Shown piece by piece: positions 27,156-35,514 of a stretch of 40,083 bases of DNA. The position numbers and the translations under genes were made by a program. Position 1 is the stretch's first letter, and every line of letters begins with the position of its first letter. Below the pieces are notes generated by a model that was not told the origin of the DNA, did no database searches, and was given only the letters and a program-made list of their open reading frames with translations. The stretch comes from a virus (taxonomy: Duplodnaviria > Caudoviricetes), in the IMG/VR virus record IMGVR_UViG_3300033145_001793, positions 1 to 40,083 of that record; one strand, given 5' to 3'.

Positions 27156-27332
27156 GTGGAAATACACGACGGCTGGAGCGGCTGGAAGGGCTGCTGCAGG
27201 CACTGCAACAGAGGCGTGAGTGTGGCGGGGCCCCTGAATGAACGTGGCTTCTGTGAATTCTGTATGAAAAAGGGATATGACACACTTCTACAGGAAGGTG
27301 GAAAATCCTGCATAAAGGAGGCCAACCCATGA
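27156..27332 (+). CDS. Small Cys-rich protein (not in ORF track)
   Basis: MEIHDGWSGWKGCCRHC...FCEFC..., RBS AAGGAGGTG. Confidence 0.55.
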   Translation: MEIHDGWSGWKGCCRHCNRGVSVAGPLNERGFCEFCMKKGYDTLLQEGGKSCIKEANP

Positions 27333-27487
27333 AAACCTGTTTCGCATCATTCAACTGTGCAGCTTGCGTTAAACGGGCTGAGTGCCCGACATACCAAAAC
27401 TTAAAACAGCAACTTACTCCTGGTAAAACCTTATATGAGCTAAAGGTAAGCAGACCGGAGTTGGTCAATCAACCTAAAACAATATGA
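27329..27487 (+). CDS. Small Cys-rich protein (not in ORF track)
   Basis: MKTCFASFNCAACVKRAEC..., ATGA overlap, RBS AAGGAGG. Confidence 0.55.
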   Translation: MKTCFASFNCAACVKRAECPTYQNLKQQLTPGKTLYELKVSRPELVNQPKTI

Positions 27488-27499
27488 GGGGGAAACGGT

Positions 27500-27775
27500 A
27501 TGTTTATCATCAGCCAGGATAGGGATGAAATTCTTGGATTTAGCGACAGGTCCTTGTTTCCAGTCAGGCTTTACGTGGAGGACAGATACTACAACGGACA
27601 GTTGGTAGGTTGGAATGTCATGGGGAAACGGTTTCTGAAAAAGACACTCCTAGGCACCTATGATACAGAAGAAGATGCGAGACAGATAGTACAGGAGATA
27701 TACAAGCTACTCAAGGCCGGTATAAGGCACTATGCAATGCCGGAACCGGCACTTGATTTGGATGAACCGGCATAA
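27500..27775 (+). CDS. Hypothetical phage protein
   Basis: IISQDR...LGTYDTEEDA pattern common in Firmicute phages. Confidence 0.65.
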   Translation: MFIISQDRDEILGFSDRSLFPVRLYVEDRYYNGQLVGWNVMGKRFLKKTLLGTYDTEEDARQIVQEIYKLLKAGIRHYAMPEPALDLDEPA

Positions 27776-27795
27776 AGAGAAAAGGAGGTCTCAAC

Positions 27796-28509
27796 GTGAA
27801 CGAGTTAATCAAAGTTAACTATGACGTTGATAGACAGACGACAAGTGCAAGAGATTTATGGGAGTTCTTAGGCAGACCATATGAGAAATTTACAAAATGG
27901 TTTAATCAGTATAAGAGCTATGGATTTACTGAAAATGAAGACTATAGAGCTGTGTGTATAAAATTCCACACAGCCCAAGGCAACGAAGTAGAAGCCCAGG
28001 ATTATGAGATAACCATCGACATGGCAAAAGAATTAGCTATGCTGCAGAAGACGGAAAGAGGCAAGCAGGCCAGACAGTATTTCATCGAGCTTGAAAAGCG
28101 CTGGAACAGTCCTGAAGCCATAATGGCAAGAGCGGTGAAAATGGCAGACAGAAAGATATTGCAGCTCCAAGCAACTATTGAGGAGCAAAAGCCCAAAGTT
28201 AAATTTGCAGATGCCGTCAGTGCATCACAGAACAGCATATTAGTTAGGGAACTAGCTAAATTAGCATCAAAACATGGCATCATCATTGGCGAGAAAAGGC
28301 TATATAAAAAGCTTAGGGAGTGGGGTTTAATTATTCAGAATAAAACAGAACCGACCCAAAAGGCTATGGAGCGAGGTTATTTCGAAGTAGTTGAAGGTGT
28401 AAGGGAAAGTTCAAAAGGGACTTTTACTTATAGAACTACCAAAGTTACTGGCAAGGGTCAAATTTATATAATCAATAGGTTAAAAGCGGAACGAAGGGAG
28501 GTTGTGTAA
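27796..28509 (+). CDS. Phage antirepressor (AntA/AntB plus KilAC domain)
   Basis: SARDLWEFL, IDMAKELAM, ARQYFI, KPKVKFAD, TKVTGKGQ motifs. Confidence 0.93.
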   Translation: MNELIKVNYDVDRQTTSARDLWEFLGRPYEKFTKWFNQYKSYGFTENEDYRAVCIKFHTAQGNEVEAQDYEITIDMAKELAMLQKTERGKQARQYFIELEKRWNSPEAIMARAVKMADRKILQLQATIEEQKPKVKFADAVSASQNSILVRELAKLASKHGIIIGEKRLYKKLREWGLIIQNKTEPTQKAMERGYFEVVEGVRESSKGTFTYRTTKVTGKGQIYIINRLKAERREVV

Positions 28510-28514
28510 ACCAT

Positions 28515-28733
28515 ATGGTTAAATTCGATAACCTTCCGGATGTACTTACAGTAAAAGAATTAAAACAGGTCCTCCGTATCGGCTCAACAAAGGCATATGA
28601 GCTCACTAATTTGGCAGGCTTCCCGGTGGTGAAGATAGGCGGACGCAAACTGATACCTAAGAAATCGCTGGAAAAGTGGCTAGAAGAGCAGGCACAGCAG
28701 GAGAAACCTCATTTACGAGTAGTGGCGGGATAA
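28515..28733 (+). CDS. Excisionase-like HTH_17 protein
   Basis: LPDVLTVKEL..LRIG..KAYEL...FP..KIG...IPK..L.KW. Confidence 0.82.
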   Translation: MVKFDNLPDVLTVKELKQVLRIGSTKAYELTNLAGFPVVKIGGRKLIPKKSLEKWLEEQAQQEKPHLRVVAG

Positions 28734-28779
28734 AAGGGCCGCCCCCGGGAAGCGGCCGGAGTGAGGTGATGAGTGGAAA

Positions 28780-28977
28780 ATGTTTATGCTTGAACGGCAA
28801 GAGCCTAAACCTATCAAAGCTATTGGAAATACATGCACATATGGTGATATCAGCTACCAATGGAAACAGGTTGCTATGTCAGAAGATAAAGAAGCCCTGA
28901 AGAATTTGATAATACCACAGTGTAAATATCGAATAATTACATGGCCTGGGCTGGATGTTGTGTACAAAAATTTCTAG
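28780..28977 (+). CDS. Hypothetical protein
   Basis: ORF in operon orientation. Confidence 0.45.
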   Translation: MFMLERQEPKPIKAIGNTCTYGDISYQWKQVAMSEDKEALKNLIIPQCKYRIITWPGLDVVYKNF

Positions 28978-29009
28978 TTCAATTGTAACCCTGGAAAGGG
29001 GGTGAGGCA

Positions 29010-29528
29010 ATGTATAAACGGGCACGAAATAAGAGGAAAATGAGCCTAGAAGAGGCATCATTCAGGTGCCATATTGGCAGGAGAACACTCTGTAAATATG
29101 AAGCCGGAGAAAGCATACCGCCACCAGATGTGGTGCTGAGGATGAGTGAAGTGTATCAAGAGCCTATTTTGACACAGAGGTACTGCAGGGAATGTCCCAT
29201 AGGGCAGAAGTATAGCTACGAGGTTCTCGACAATGTGAACCTGGACCCGGCTACTGTACTACTCAAACTAATATCCGAATACAGGGAAGCAGGACAGGTA
29301 TTGGATAGGTTGCTGGAGCTCACGGTAAACAAGAATAGCCGGCAGGACTTCACAGATGATGAATGGCAGGAGTACATGCAGGGGCTGCATGAGTTCCTGG
29401 ATGTGGAGCACAACATCGAGTGCCTAAAGCTGGCCCTGGGAATGTGGTGCGATATGGCAGAGTTGGTGGAGCAGCACAACCAGAAATGCAGGGACAGAGG
29501 ATATGTGAAAAAGGCAATAGCGAAATAG
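29010..29528 (+). CDS. XRE HTH transcriptional regulator
   Basis: ARNKRKMSLEEAS...TLCKYEAG..PPPDVV, followed by YC.ECPIG. Confidence 0.8.
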   Translation: MYKRARNKRKMSLEEASFRCHIGRRTLCKYEAGESIPPPDVVLRMSEVYQEPILTQRYCRECPIGQKYSYEVLDNVNLDPATVLLKLISEYREAGQVLDRLLELTVNKNSRQDFTDDEWQEYMQGLHEFLDVEHNIECLKLALGMWCDMAELVEQHNQKCRDRGYVKKAIAK

Positions 29529-29543
29529 AAAGGAGGGTGAAGG

Positions 29544-29738
29544 ATGCAATCGATTGACACGGAACAGCTGTTCAAGAGGTACCAAAAACTCGATGAGGCG
29601 GAAAAGATGTACTTTTTCCCGAGGATATTCGGAAGGATGCAGTCGGAAATGGAAACGGCTGGGAGAGGAAAAGAATTCTTCAAGAATGTTCAGGATATAC
29701 TGGATGACCTTGAGGAAGAAAGAAAGGAGGCGGTGTAG
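29544..29738 (+). CDS. Hypothetical protein
   Basis: RBS AAGGAGGG. Confidence 0.6.
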   Translation: MQSIDTEQLFKRYQKLDEAEKMYFFPRIFGRMQSEMETAGRGKEFFKNVQDILDDLEEERKEAV

Positions 29739-29936
29739 ATGCTGAAACCAAAAAGAGACTTGAACAAACTGTTCAACCGCTGTAGGAGAAAAGAAGAAGC
29801 AGTATTCCAGATTGTGTTCGGAATGATGAGAGCGCGGTATGAACAGGACCATATAGATGCAGATGTGTTTTTCGAGAAGGTTGAGACAGCTCTTGAAATG
29901 GTGGAAGAAATGCAAAAAGAAAAAAGAGCCATATAG
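29739..29936 (+). CDS. Hypothetical protein
   Basis: RBS AAGGAGG; resembles the previous ORF (FG.M motif). Confidence 0.6.
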   Translation: MLKPKRDLNKLFNRCRRKEEAVFQIVFGMMRARYEQDHIDADVFFEKVETALEMVEEMQKEKRAI

Positions 29937-30195
29937 AAACGGCCGATAAAAAAGTATTCGCTATCCTCATTGTACCATATACGGTCCAATGAGGCAATAG
30001 AAATATAAAACTACGAACCCAATGACCCGGAGAAGTGCCCGGCTTATCCCAGGTTGAGGGAAGGAGAAGAAGGAGAATAGTGTATCCCGATGAACCCGGG
30101 AAGGGCTGGAACAAGCACGAAGGATCGGGGCGCCGCCGGGGGCGTGGTATTCACATAGCTGGGGCACCCGGTAGCCCTGGCAAGTATGAAGGAGG

Positions 30196-30765
30196 ATGAA
30201 TATGAACGTTCTTTTGAAAAGAGAAATACCTGAGGCACTAGCGGCCACAGAACTGGCTGATATGCAGGGGGAGAAGGAGAGGTTCAAAGTCACCAATAAA
30301 GACAGCGCAAACTGGTGCCTGCGTAAGATGCGGGCATTGAAGGCTGAGATAGAAGAGAATGCCCGTATAGCCCAGGAGGAAGTAGAGCGCATCCAGCAGT
30401 GGCTTCAGGATGTGAATACACCCCTGGAAAGGTCCATGCAGTACTTTGAAGGGCTACTGATGGAGTATCACATGAAAGTATATGCCGAGGACCCGAAAAT
30501 TAAGACTATCAAGCTCCCGCATGGGACGTTGAAGATGAGGGTCCAACAGCCGGAGTATATACGTGACGACGAGAAGCTCCTGAGCTGGCTCAAGCAAAAT
30601 GGCATGAACGAGTTTGTGAAAATCATAGAAAAGCCTGAATGGGGACAACTGAAAAAGAAAGTACAAATAGCAGGGAAAATGGTGGTATTCAAAGACACTG
30701 GGGAAGTCATAGAAGGCGTAACAGCACAAGAAAGGCCGCCAAAGTTTTCCGTGGAGGTGAAGTAG
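30196..30765 (+). CDS. Mu Gam-like host nuclease inhibitor
   Basis: ANWCLRK, KTIKLPHGTL..R..QPE, GEVIEGV motifs. Confidence 0.8.
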   Translation: MNMNVLLKREIPEALAATELADMQGEKERFKVTNKDSANWCLRKMRALKAEIEENARIAQEEVERIQQWLQDVNTPLERSMQYFEGLLMEYHMKVYAEDPKIKTIKLPHGTLKMRVQQPEYIRDDEKLLSWLKQNGMNEFVKIIEKPEWGQLKKKVQIAGKMVVFKDTGEVIEGVTAQERPPKFSVEVK

Positions 30766-31599
30766 ATGCCAGCAAAACAAGAGAATAGCATGGTCATAGT
30801 TGACCAATTTAGGATGATCACGCCAGCAGGTTCCATAGATGATACAGTAGAACAGTTCAAACTTTACCAAGAACTAAAAGAAAAACTGGCTACGAAAGAA
30901 GACTTCCAGCTTATTGGCAAGAAAAATCATCCTAAAAAGAGCTTCGTCAGAAAGATCCAAAGATTCTTCAACCTGAGTTGCGAATTGTTGAAGGACGAAC
31001 CATTGAAAGATGAAAACGGAAAAATCATAGCCTGGATAGCAACGGCAAGGGCGATTCATACACCTACCGGAGCGTACCAGGATGCAGACGGGTCCTGTTC
31101 TTTCGATGAAAAAGCGGAGAAGCAACGTACCATTCATAACATCAGAGCCCACGCAATCACCAGAGCAAAGAACAGGGCTATACTGGATTTGGTTGGTTTC
31201 GGAGAGGTAAGTGCAGAGGAGGTAGTAGGGACTGAAAATACAGATATAAATAGTTCAAATGAACCAATCGAAGAGCTCACATACGAACAGGCTGCAAACT
31301 TAGTTGTGGATTTTGGGAAGAAGTACAGAGGCAAAAAACTTTCTGAAGTGCCCGAAAACTACATCCAGTGGATGATGCGGCAGAAGGATCTGCCAGATAA
31401 ACTGAAGGTGGCCTGTGTCGTATACCTGAACGGCCCGGAAGAGGGCGATACAGACCTTCCGTTCACTATGGGTGATGAGAAGGAAGAACAGCAGGAAAGA
31501 ACGCACTGCAACAGTTGTGGCATCGAAATCACGAAAGCTAGAGCAGTGCTGAGTCAGAAAAAGTACGGTGCGCCGTTCTGTACGAATTGCAAAAAATAG
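30766..31599 (+). CDS. Putative single-strand annealing recombinase with C-terminal FGK-Y-G and zinc-finger domains
   Basis: HNIRAHA.TRAKNRAILDLVG, FGKKYRGKKLSEVP.NYIQW, CNSC..CTNC; follows Gam. Confidence 0.6.
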   Translation: MPAKQENSMVIVDQFRMITPAGSIDDTVEQFKLYQELKEKLATKEDFQLIGKKNHPKKSFVRKIQRFFNLSCELLKDEPLKDENGKIIAWIATARAIHTPTGAYQDADGSCSFDEKAEKQRTIHNIRAHAITRAKNRAILDLVGFGEVSAEEVVGTENTDINSSNEPIEELTYEQAANLVVDFGKKYRGKKLSEVPENYIQWMMRQKDLPDKLKVACVVYLNGPEEGDTDLPFTMGDEKEEQQERTHCNSCGIEITKARAVLSQKKYGAPFCTNCKK

Positions 31600-31689
31600 G
31601 GTTTGAAAACTTTTGCGGGGCGGTTTAAACGAGAAATTCAGGAGCTGACCGGGCAAGATGGTATTTATTGCGTTAGCGAGGGAATAGTG

Positions 31690-31977
31690 ATGAAAATAAA
31701 ATTAACAGGGCAACAAATAAAAAAACACTTTCCAGCTTCTCCTTTCCTCGGTAAAACAATCGTGGTTGATGTTGAAGATATCAATGACATAATCAAGGCA
31801 ACTAATGACGCCGGATACCCTCGCACCTACAACATCATAGGAATAGACGATACAGAAGAATGGAATATAAATAAACTACACAAAGAAGTTAATCGCTATA
31901 GAAGGTTATACAATCTAAATAAAATTCAATTTAAAGATTTTGTCCTCTTTTGTTATTGTAATCAGAAATGTTTGTGA
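31690..31977 (+). CDS. Hypothetical protein
   Basis: AT-rich ORF; start uncertain. Confidence 0.5.
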   Translation: MKIKLTGQQIKKHFPASPFLGKTIVVDVEDINDIIKATNDAGYPRTYNIIGIDDTEEWNINKLHKEVNRYRRLYNLNKIQFKDFVLFCYCNQKCL

Positions 31978-31994
31978 AAGCGGGGCGTTGAGAT

Positions 31995-32288
31995 ATGAGA
32001 GAACCGATTGAAATCTATATTCCTCCACACGTCCGGGCAAGCCTTGAGCCGGGGGCAAGAGCCTTCCGGCTCGGGGAATGTTTAGTATTTGTAGGGCATT
32101 CTGCAGACGGGTGGCATATGAGTATATCTCATCCATCCAGGTATCCAACATGGGACGAGATCAAAGAAGCAAGGTACAGTCTATTACCCAAAAATATCAC
32201 GGTGGCAATGCTCCTGCCCCCGCCGGATGAGTATGTCAATATCCATGAAAACTGTTTCCACCTATGGGAGATTGAGGACCGACGATAA
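31995..32288 (+). CDS. Conserved phage hypothetical protein
   Basis: WHMSIS..RYPTWDEI...PP.DEYVNIHENCFHLW motif. Confidence 0.75.
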   Translation: MREPIEIYIPPHVRASLEPGARAFRLGECLVFVGHSADGWHMSISHPSRYPTWDEIKEARYSLLPKNITVAMLLPPPDEYVNIHENCFHLWEIEDRR

Positions 32289-32297
32289 TTAATTTTT

Positions 32298-32534
32298 GCA
32301 GGGCGGTGGCGGAATAGACAAGCAGCTTGCCTAGGTGCGGCAGTTGCTTGGTAAAACAAGAACTGATACGACTGTTCTTGTAATAGTAGACGCTACGCGT
32401 GAGACAACAGCCCTTCGTGACCAGGTGTAGCGGTTGGTAGTCCCTGTGAATCAATTTCATAGACTACAGAGTGGGGAGCCTGGCGGGTGACACGAAATGT
32501 TGTTATGCAGGGTGCAAATCCCTGCCCGCCCTGC
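32298..32534 (+). ncRNA. tRNA-like structured RNA with expanded D-loop and anticodon arm
   Basis: 9-bp closing stem GCAGGGCGG/CCGCCCTGC, TGGCGGAATAG...GTAGACGC D-arm halves, GCAGGG-TGCAAAT-CCCTGC T-arm, nested internal helices; intergenic. Confidence 0.72.
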
Positions 32535-32557
32535 TATATGTGGAGGTGAAGTAGAAA

Positions 32558-32824
32558 ATGAAACATAGTCCTTTACCTTGGAAAATTAGCGAAGAACCTA
32601 CAGACAGTACAGATTTTGCAATTGTGGACAAAGATAATAAATGGGTGTGGTTTGACAGACCTAATGCTGAATTCATAATTAGAGCCTGTAATATGCATTA
32701 TGAATTGATGGAAGCATTAGAAAAAGCAAAGGAATATATTGAAAAAGATATAAAACCATTTGACCAAACAGAAGCTGAAGATTTGTGTATTGATATTAGT
32801 GAAGTTTTGGGAAAAGCCAAATAA
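32558..32824 (+). CDS. Hypothetical phage protein
   Basis: MKHSPLPW...NAEFIIRACN pattern. Confidence 0.7.
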   Translation: MKHSPLPWKISEEPTDSTDFAIVDKDNKWVWFDRPNAEFIIRACNMHYELMEALEKAKEYIEKDIKPFDQTEAEDLCIDISEVLGKAK

Positions 32825-32839
32825 AGGAGGAAAATCAAA

Positions 32840-33151
32840 ATGGCTAAATACAGAAAAAAGCCTGTAATAGTTGAGGCTGAAATTTATAAACCGGGCATGG
32901 AAGATGGATTTGACTGTAGTCATGGAATTGTAAGTCATGGAAATTGTTTAGGTGAGAACTGCGTACATTGGAAAGAAAATGGGAAAGAAAACTGCCTTTA
33001 TAGGCAGCCTTATATCAGGACATTAGAAGGAAAACACTATATTTCCGAGGGTGACTACATTATCACAGGAGTAAAAGGCGAAAGATACCCTTGTAAGCCT
33101 GACGTATTCAAAATGACGTATGAGCCCGTAGAGTTAGAAAAATCTAAATAA
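32840..33151 (+). CDS. Conserved phage protein (PGDYG-like)
   Basis: KYRKKPVIVEA, TLEG, GDYIITGVKGE.YPCKPDVF..TYE. Confidence 0.8.
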   Translation: MAKYRKKPVIVEAEIYKPGMEDGFDCSHGIVSHGNCLGENCVHWKENGKENCLYRQPYIRTLEGKHYISEGDYIITGVKGERYPCKPDVFKMTYEPVELEKSK

Positions 33152-33168
33152 AGAAAAGTGGTGTTTAA

Positions 33169-33393
33169 ATGGAATTTAAAAAGCAAGAAATTATATTCAA
33201 TAACGAAGATTCCGGAATACAAGTTAAATATATAAAAAGCAAAAAGAGACTAGATTTTTTCGGATGGTACGATAAATACGTGGGTATTAAGGGAGGTTCA
33301 ATAGAGTTAGAGCAGTTTTTAAATATGTTAGATGTACCTACTAAAGAATTAAAGAGAATTATTAGAAAGCGAATTTATAAAGGAGATGTGTAG
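33169..33393 (+). CDS. Hypothetical protein
   Basis: ORF in operon. Confidence 0.55.
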   Translation: MEFKKQEIIFNNEDSGIQVKYIKSKKRLDFFGWYDKYVGIKGGSIELEQFLNMLDVPTKELKRIIRKRIYKGDV

Positions 33394-33589
33394 AGTGGGC
33401 ATAACTTTTCCAGACCCGTGCGAAATGTGCGGGAAAGAAGTAAGTATAGAGCGAGGCAATCAGAATAGTGTTGTTATTCATCTTTATGATGCTGCTGACG
33501 AACTAGTCGAAAATATAAGTTACCGGCTGTGTAATGAATGTAGCAAAAAATTTATATCTGGAATTGAAGAGTTACTACTTCCTTTTTGA
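33386..33589 (+). CDS. Small zinc-finger protein
   Basis: CEMC...CNEC. Confidence 0.55.
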   Translation: MCRVGITFPDPCEMCGKEVSIERGNQNSVVIHLYDAADELVENISYRLCNECSKKFISGIEELLLPF

Positions 33590-33627
33590 ATATGAATTTA
33601 ATACCAAAGGAAATGCGAGGTGAGAGT

Positions 33628-33810
33628 ATGGCAAATTGTTCAAAATGCAAAGAGGTAGGTATTTGGAAAAAAGAAACTGATAGAATACCGTATTGCAAAT
33701 TAACTAATCAAGAAATAAGCATTTTCTGGGGTCCGATAGATAATACTTGGGAATGTCCAAAATTGGTGTTAAAAAAAAGAGAAGAAGTTTTGGGAAAAGC
33801 AAGGGAGTGA
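33628..33810 (+). CDS. Small Cys-rich protein
   Basis: MANCSKC...YC...WECP, RBS GAGGTG. Confidence 0.55.
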   Translation: MANCSKCKEVGIWKKETDRIPYCKLTNQEISIFWGPIDNTWECPKLVLKKREEVLGKARE

Positions 33811-33814
33811 GAAT

Positions 33815-34237
33815 ATGAGAGATATAAAATTTCGTGCGTGGGATAAGGTAAATAAAAAATGGCTCAACTGTGGGACATCTGTAATAGGCACTATATTTTG
33901 TTGGAAAAACAGAAAAACAATAGACACAATTCAAGATAGATATGAACTACAACAATACACTGGGCTAAATGACAAAAATAATCGGGAGATATACGAAGGG
34001 GATATTATTCAAGGATTTGGAAGAGTATTTTTAATTAAATTTGGCATAGTCGAAAGATATGTTCAAAGTGATTATGGAGATATTAATTTAGTTCAAATAC
34101 CTTCATTTTATTTTGAACATGAAGGTCATGCATTATATCCTATTTCGGAAAATTACAAAGGCAGAAATGATTTGGAAGACTTGGAAGTAATAGGCAATGT
34201 ATTTGAGGATAGGGAATTATTGGAGGTGAGAACATGA
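33815..34237 (+). CDS. YopX family protein
   Basis: MRDIKFRAWDK, QYTGL.DKN.REIYEGDI, EVIGNVFE. Confidence 0.92.
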   Translation: MRDIKFRAWDKVNKKWLNCGTSVIGTIFCWKNRKTIDTIQDRYELQQYTGLNDKNNREIYEGDIIQGFGRVFLIKFGIVERYVQSDYGDINLVQIPSFYFEHEGHALYPISENYKGRNDLEDLEVIGNVFEDRELLEVRT

Positions 34238-34347
34238 AAGTCATATATATCTCCGCCACTGCGGAGCTGTATGTGACTGCCGTATCATGCTTTTCTAAAG
34301 AGATATTCGAGCTTCAGAGAGCCATCGAGAAGGCAGAGGGAAGGTGA
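34234..34347 (+). CDS. 37-aa hypothetical protein
   Basis: RBS GGAGGTG, ATGA overlap with yopX-like gene. Confidence 0.4.
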   Translation: MKVIYISATAELYVTAVSCFSKEIFELQRAIEKAEGR

Positions 34348-34351
34348 AAAT

Positions 34352-34684
34352 ATGCTGAAATGGCATCACAGATATATTGAAGGTCCGTATCGGACCGGGG
34401 ACCTGAGAAAAAAATCATTCCGGATATTCCTGACAGCACTGGTCCTGATGCTGGCATGTGCAGTTATATTCGTGCTGTACGTAAACCATACTATGTCCAG
34501 CCGGGACCCGGACGTATATATAGTCCAGGAGGGCGATACCCTCTGGAGCATAGCAAAGGAGATATACGGTGAGATGCAGGATACCAGAAAAATGGTATAT
34601 CTGATGCGAAAGTTGAACGACATAGAGGACCCGGGAAAGCTGCAGCCGGGGATGAGGTTGATACTACCGGTAGTAATGGATTAG
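34352..34684 (+). CDS. TM plus LysM protein (YneA-like)
   Basis: One TM helix then YIVQEGDTLWSIA...LN.I.....LQPG..LILP. Confidence 0.82.
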   Translation: MLKWHHRYIEGPYRTGDLRKKSFRIFLTALVLMLACAVIFVLYVNHTMSSRDPDVYIVQEGDTLWSIAKEIYGEMQDTRKMVYLMRKLNDIEDPGKLQPGMRLILPVVMD

Positions 34685-34696
34685 AGGGGATTTGTG

Positions 34697-35512
34697 ATGG
34701 CTAGAAGACGTATGATAGATCCAAACATTTGGGCAAGTGAAGATGTAGCAAAACTAAATATACTTGAACGGCTTTTGCTTATAGGGATGTTTTCCAATGC
34801 AGATGACTACGGAAAGGGCAGGGCACATCCTGCATATCTGAGGTCCACGGTATTCCCATATGATGATATACCGGTTGAAGAGATAGAGAATGCTTTGAAT
34901 AATATTCAAGAACACATAAATATCGTCTTGTATGAAGTTGATGGCAATCAGTATTATAAGTTTACCAACTGGGAGAGATGGCAAACCGTTCAGAAACCTC
35001 AACCTTCAAAAATTCCAGACCCAGTAGAGAATAATTCTGGAATGAGTACAGAACAGGTAGAGAATTGTTCCGGACTAAAAGAAAAGAAAATAAATAAAAA
35101 AGAATCTAGTAGTAGTTGTAATAGTAGCAATCAGCCTGTGGATACTGTGGATAATGTGGATAAGTCCGAACAGGATATACAGAAGGTGGCTAATGAATTC
35201 ACCAACTGCGGATATGGGACTATTAACCACACAACCAGCGAAATACTGGAACAATTGACACATGAGTATTCGGCAGAATGGGTATGCACTGCCCTGCGTG
35301 TTGGTCTGGAGCAGGGCAAACGTACTCTTAGCTATGTACGTGGCATCCTGGAAAACTGGCGCAAAGAAGGCGGGATACGTCTGGAAAAACCAAAGAAAAA
35401 ACCGGATACACGGGGACAGCCGCAGAAAAAAAGGTATCACAACTTCAACCAGCCGGCGCTAAAATACACAAACGAACAGCTGAAGGCAATTTGGAAGAAT
35501 GAAGGGGGATAG
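34697..35512 (+). CDS. Replication initiator with DnaD domain
   Basis: MARRRMIDPNIW, SNADDYG.G N-terminus; LSYVRGILENW DnaD motif. Confidence 0.88.
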   Translation: MARRRMIDPNIWASEDVAKLNILERLLLIGMFSNADDYGKGRAHPAYLRSTVFPYDDIPVEEIENALNNIQEHINIVLYEVDGNQYYKFTNWERWQTVQKPQPSKIPDPVENNSGMSTEQVENCSGLKEKKINKKESSSSCNSSNQPVDTVDNVDKSEQDIQKVANEFTNCGYGTINHTTSEILEQLTHEYSAEWVCTALRVGLEQGKRTLSYVRGILENWRKEGGIRLEKPKKKPDTRGQPQKKRYHNFNQPALKYTNEQLKAIWKNEGG

Positions 35513-35514
35513 CG

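Noticed and set aside
32329-32336. CTA in the first inserted hairpin as an amber-suppressor anticodon for the TAG at 36023
   Set aside because: CTA is not centred in a 7-nt loop and sits in the D-loop insert rather than the anticodon position.
32236-32460. Minus-strand ORFs overlapping the tRNA-like element
   Set aside because: No RBS, atypical composition, antisense to the operon; the RNA structure explains the region better.
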